From an uncultured delta proteobacterium (GTDB lineage Bacteria > Myxococcota_A > Polyangia > Polyangiales > Polyangiaceae), in NCBI GenBank assembly GCA_963696385.1, contig CAVOKF010000005.1:1280001-1344000 (forward strand): a stretch of DNA of 64,000 nt. The letters are read 5' to 3'. Below are positions 60,277 through 64,000 of the stretch, in pieces. The notes under the pieces were generated by a model that was given only the letters and a program-made list of their open reading frames with translations, made no database searches and had not been told where the DNA came from. The position numbers were made by a program, and so were the translations under genes. Numbering within the stretch: position 1 is the first letter of the stretch; every line of letters starts with the position of its first letter.

Positions 60277-62303
60277 GGTCGCGACCCCTTCGACCTCGTG
60301 GCCGACGGAGAATGACCGAGCCGCATCGATTGCAGGCGCTCGTACTCGCGAATGATTTGCATGGCGACCGGGACGGCGACTTCGGGGCCGGAGCCGCCGT
60401 GCTCGACCAAGACCGTCACGGCGACTTCGGGCGATCGGGCGGGGGCGAAGCTCGCAAACCAGGCGTGGTTCTGAGACAGGAACCAAGCGAGCTTCGTGTC
60501 GTCCTGCTTCTTCGCCACGTATCCCGTCTGGGCCGTGCCCGTCTTGCCCGCCACGTCCAAGGATGGATCGCGCGCGGGATAGGCCGTGCCGTTCGGGTCG
60601 TTCACGACCTCGTTGAGCGCCTCGGTCACCCGCTTCAGGTTGTCGCCGTCGATCGCGATTTGACGCCGAATCCGTGGTGGGAATTCTTGGACGACTGCGC
60701 CGTCGCTCGTTTCGACCGCTCGCACGACCTGCGGCTGGTACAAGGTGCCGCCGTTCGCGATGGCCGAGTATGCCAGGGCGAGTTGCAGAGGAGTGACGGT
60801 CACGTCGCCTTCGCCAATCGCCATGTTGAGCGTAAATCCTACGCGAAACTGGCCGCGGTAACGGAGCGCGTACCACGAGCGGGTCGGAATCCGTCCCGGG
60901 GCTTCAGGGTTGATCCCGAGGCCGGTCTTCTCCCCCAAGCCGAATGCCTGCGCGATGCGTGCGATGCGGTCCATCCCGACCGTCTCGGCGAGGTGGAAGA
61001 AGTAGACGTTGCACGACCTTGCGATGGCCTGGTGAAGCCGTACTGAACCGTGAACGTGGCTGCATCGGAAGATGCGACGTCCGAACATGACGTACCCTTC
61101 GCACTTCTCGACGTGCTCGGGGTCGACGAGGTGGTCTTCCAGTGCCGCGAGCGCGCTGAATGGCTTCATCGTCGATCCGGGTTGAAACGCGCCGCTCATC
61201 GTCTTGTCGAGTACCGGGCGCAGCGGATCGGCGTACAGGCGGCTGAATGCCTCGCGCACGCGCGCGTGCCCGGCACCGCCGGACAGGTCGTTGGGGTCGA
61301 AGTCCGGCTTGGAGTAGAGCGCGAGCAAACGACCCGTCCTCACGTCGATCACGACGACCGCGCCGGCGGCGTGCGGGCGCATCGCTTTCTCGATGGCCTG
61401 CTCCAAGTCGACGTCGATCGACAGCCGCAGGTCACGCCCGGGGATCGGATCCATGCGCGCGGGTGGATCGATGAGCCGCTCGGACTCGGGACCGGATCGG
61501 TAACGGCCCCTCGCGTCGACGACCCGTTTCTCCCAGCCTCGCTGGCCACGAAGGTACGGCTCCCACGCGTGTTCGATTCCCGTCGCCCCGACCGTGTCAC
61601 CCGCTTCGTAGTCGAGCGGATTGAGCCGTTGCTGATCGTCGCGAGACAAGTCCTCGTAGCCGGGTGGCCGGTATTTGGACAGCGCGTCGGCGTCGATTTC
61701 GGCGACGTATCCGAGCATCTGAGCCCCCAGGCTGTTGTACGGATAGAACCGGACGGGGACGCCGATCACGTCCACGCCTGCGAGCTCGTCGCGATGCTGC
61801 TTGAGCTCGGCGACCTCGTCGCGCGGGACGTCCTCCCTCACGAGGATCGGCGTTCGCCAGCATGGAGACTTGTCGTCGTCGTGCGCGCAAGCGGCGCGAA
61901 TGCGCGACTCGAACCCCCGGCGTTCGTCGGGATTGAGCCGCAACACTTCGGCCAGCTTCGGCCACGAATCCGGGTCGTGCGCGAGCGGCAGGCCGTTGCG
62001 GGTTCGGACCGGCCTGGCGCTCGGCATCACTCGGCCGGGAACAATTTCGACGTCGTACGACGGTCGGCTCGATGCGAGGACTCGGCCGTTTGCGTCGCGG
62101 ATGACTCCGCGGGTCGTGGGCGAGATCACGCGACGAATGATGTTTTCGTGAGCGACCGTGGCGTAGGTAGACGCATCGACGACCTGAAGTTGGAACAGGC
62201 GGACGACGACCGCTCCGAACGCCAGGAACGCGGTCAGAGCCATCCACTTGTAACGGCGCCGGAACTCGCCGACATCCGACCGCGATACCAGCAAACCCGT
62301 CAC
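60273..62303 (-). CDS. mrdA: Penicillin-binding protein 2
   Basis: TM, RGVIRD, STMK (SxxK), SCN (SxN), KTGT; GTG start overlaps the mreD stop. Confidence 0.96.
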   Translation of the reverse strand: MTGLLVSRSDVGEFRRRYKWMALTAFLAFGAVVVRLFQLQVVDASTYATVAHENIIRRVISPTTRGVIRDANGRVLASSRPSYDVEIVPGRVMPSARPVRTRNGLPLAHDPDSWPKLAEVLRLNPDERRGFESRIRAACAHDDDKSPCWRTPILVREDVPRDEVAELKQHRDELAGVDVIGVPVRFYPYNSLGAQMLGYVAEIDADALSKYRPPGYEDLSRDDQQRLNPLDYEAGDTVGATGIEHAWEPYLRGQRGWEKRVVDARGRYRSGPESERLIDPPARMDPIPGRDLRLSIDVDLEQAIEKAMRPHAAGAVVVIDVRTGRLLALYSKPDFDPNDLSGGAGHARVREAFSRLYADPLRPVLDKTMSGAFQPGSTMKPFSALAALEDHLVDPEHVEKCEGYVMFGRRIFRCSHVHGSVRLHQAIARSCNVYFFHLAETVGMDRIARIAQAFGLGEKTGLGINPEAPGRIPTRSWYALRYRGQFRVGFTLNMAIGEGDVTVTPLQLALAYSAIANGGTLYQPQVVRAVETSDGAVVQEFPPRIRRQIAIDGDNLKRVTEALNEVVNDPNGTAYPARDPSLDVAGKTGTAQTGYVAKKQDDTKLAWFLSQNHAWFASFAPARSPEVAVTVLVEHGGSGPEVAVPVAMQIIREYERLQSMRLGHSPSATRSKGSRP

Positions 62304-63004
62304 GACGCCGCTCCCGACGCAGGCTGCGACCGCAGAGCGCTGCCGGTCGCGCCGTCGATCGCTTGGGCCGCGCGAAACACGAGCGGCGCGATCGCCGCCG
62401 TCACGACGGCATGCGGCAGTGCAATAGGGTAAAGCGACTTGGGAACCCAAGCATCCCTTCCGAAAATGGCGAGCAGAACGAGGACCATGGTGCTTTGCAG
62501 GATCGAGAACGCAGCGACGAGCAGCACCTGCATCCAGGTCGTTTGTGCGGCCAGGCGAACACCAGCCGCGCGAGCGAGCACGAACGTAGCCACGTAGGTG
62601 AACGTGTAGAGACCCACCGGCGCGATTCCGATCACGTCGGTGGCGTAGCCGAGGACGAACGCAACCGCGGCGCCTCGGGCCAATGAATATTCGTGAACAC
62701 CCATGAACAGGATGAGCGGCAGAACGAGTGTCGGGATCGGCCGGCCGAGGTGCGCATGCCAGAGCGAGACAGCGAGCACGTAACCCAGGAGCACCGTGGC
62801 GGGCAGGACGAGATCGGCGCGGAACGTCGTCACGGCGCGGGGGTGCCCAGGCGTGTTGCGAGCGCCTCGGAAGACGTCGACCGTGAGCGCGAAGGCCCAG
62901 ATTGCGGCAGCCGCGCCCACCGGCATGCCGTCGAGCGCTCGGAAGACGTTGCCCTGCAGCAACAGCAGCCCCATTCCCAAGGTCAGGAGCGCAACGTGGC
63001 GCAT
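62300..63004 (-). CDS. mreD: Rod shape-determining protein MreD (extended)
   Basis: Polytopic, PTLVLPLILF...GAAVAFVLGYATD...GLY; located between mreC and mrdA. Confidence 0.82.
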   Translation of the reverse strand: MRHVALLTLGMGLLLLQGNVFRALDGMPVGAAAAIWAFALTVDVFRGARNTPGHPRAVTTFRADLVLPATVLLGYVLAVSLWHAHLGRPIPTLVLPLILFMGVHEYSLARGAAVAFVLGYATDVIGIAPVGLYTFTYVATFVLARAAGVRLAAQTTWMQVLLVAAFSILQSTMVLVLLAIFGRDAWVPKSLYPIALPHAVVTAAIAPLVFRAAQAIDGATGSALRSQPASGAAS

Positions 63005-63900
63005 CAGAGCCTCCCGCGCGGTCCGTTCAGCAATGGAGTCCCTGTCGCGGTCGTTGGCGCGGGCTCCTCGCCGGGGGTGGTCACGAGAACGACGACCGCA
63101 TCCAAACGTGAAAAATCCACGGTGGGTGCGGCGTCGACGTCCTGATCGCGGCCGAGCTCGCGCTTGATCACACCGGTGATGCGCGCCACCGGGATTCCTC
63201 GCGGAAACCAGCGTCCTTTGCCGCTCGTCATCAACAAGTCGCCGATCTGGACCTCGTCGCGCGAGTCGACCATTTCGACTTTGCAGCCATAGCGTGCAGG
63301 ATCGCCGGTTCCCCGCACGAAGCCGCGCGCGCGAGTCCTCTCGTCCTCGACGTCGACGCCGAACGCAGCGTCGACGGCGAGCTGAACATCGACTGCGTCG
63401 CCAGCGACGTGTAGCACCGCGCCGACGACACCGTCCGGGGAGACGACGGGCATGTGGGGCCGCACCTCGCGGGCCCCTTTGTCGAGCACGATCCGTGTGA
63501 CGCGGAAGAATTCCGTATAGTCCTTGCCGATCACTTGAGCGCTCACAGCGTCGCTCGGCATCGAGTCCTTGAGTTGAAGCAGCCGTCGCAATTGGCGGTC
63601 GTCGGCTTGAGCCTGTTCGAGGGCGTGGACCCTCTCGCGCAGGCGCGCATTGTCGTAGGCGAGCCGTTCGTTATCGCGGCGCACGTCCACGAGATAAGCG
63701 TAGTTCTGCCAGGCGTCGCTCACGCCTCGTGCCAACATGGCCGCCGCGACCTCGAGCGGCGCCGTAACCCGAAGGACGGTCCGGTCCATCGCGCTCTGAT
63801 TCTCGGGCAATTTCATGTTCGCCTTGAGGACGAAGAATGGCACCGCGAGCAGCAGGGCCACGATCGCGAGATCGCGATAGCGTTTGAGCGCGGAGGGCAA
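63004..63900 (-). CDS. mreC: Rod shape-determining protein MreC
   Basis: TM, coiled coil, AQVIG, LDKG, GVVG, GDLLMTSG..FPRGIPV, VDFSRLD. Confidence 0.95.
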   Translation of the reverse strand: MPSALKRYRDLAIVALLLAVPFFVLKANMKLPENQSAMDRTVLRVTAPLEVAAAMLARGVSDAWQNYAYLVDVRRDNERLAYDNARLRERVHALEQAQADDRQLRRLLQLKDSMPSDAVSAQVIGKDYTEFFRVTRIVLDKGAREVRPHMPVVSPDGVVGAVLHVAGDAVDVQLAVDAAFGVDVEDERTRARGFVRGTGDPARYGCKVEMVDSRDEVQIGDLLMTSGKGRWFPRGIPVARITGVIKRELGRDQDVDAAPTVDFSRLDAVVVLVTTPGEEPAPTTATGTPLLNGPRGRL

Positions 63901-64000
63901 GGCGAAAATTCCAGAGAAATCCGACCGCGAACGGATCGGGTGCCCAATCTAATACCGCAAGATGGGAGCGTGCACCCTGCGCGCGGCGTCCGGCCCGACC

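Overview
High-GC, gene-dense chromosomal window that looks like a myxobacterium (Myxococcota, probably Polyangiales; inferred from an AglRQS-like motor, an FGE-domain protein, FHA proteins and Ser/Gly-rich lipoproteins). It holds about 56 genes, mostly housekeeping: truD, glnB-glnA, uppP, glpK, pyk, lysA, mreC-mreD-mrdA-rodA, plus three ExbB/TolQ-ExbD/TolR proton-motor loci. I saw no rRNA, tRNA, CRISPR array, integrase or transposase. Main points: (1) a coupled three-gene operon with a DUF2760 protein whose C-terminus resembles GrpE and two non-canonical Hsp70 ATPases, a candidate uncharacterised chaperone-like system; (2) two divergent TolQ-TolR-TolR motor operons, one AglRQS-like, converging on the Rod cell-wall genes; (3) three independent reading-frame lesions (DNA ligase, a hypothetical gene, lysA) that all revert to CGATC, suggesting DNA modification at that motif, with an orphan methyltransferase in the window; (4) an internally deleted MutS2; (5) CTAG-bounded inverted-repeat elements; (6) a PII protein with Thr instead of Gln39. 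All family assignments come from motif recognition by eye; no searches were run.
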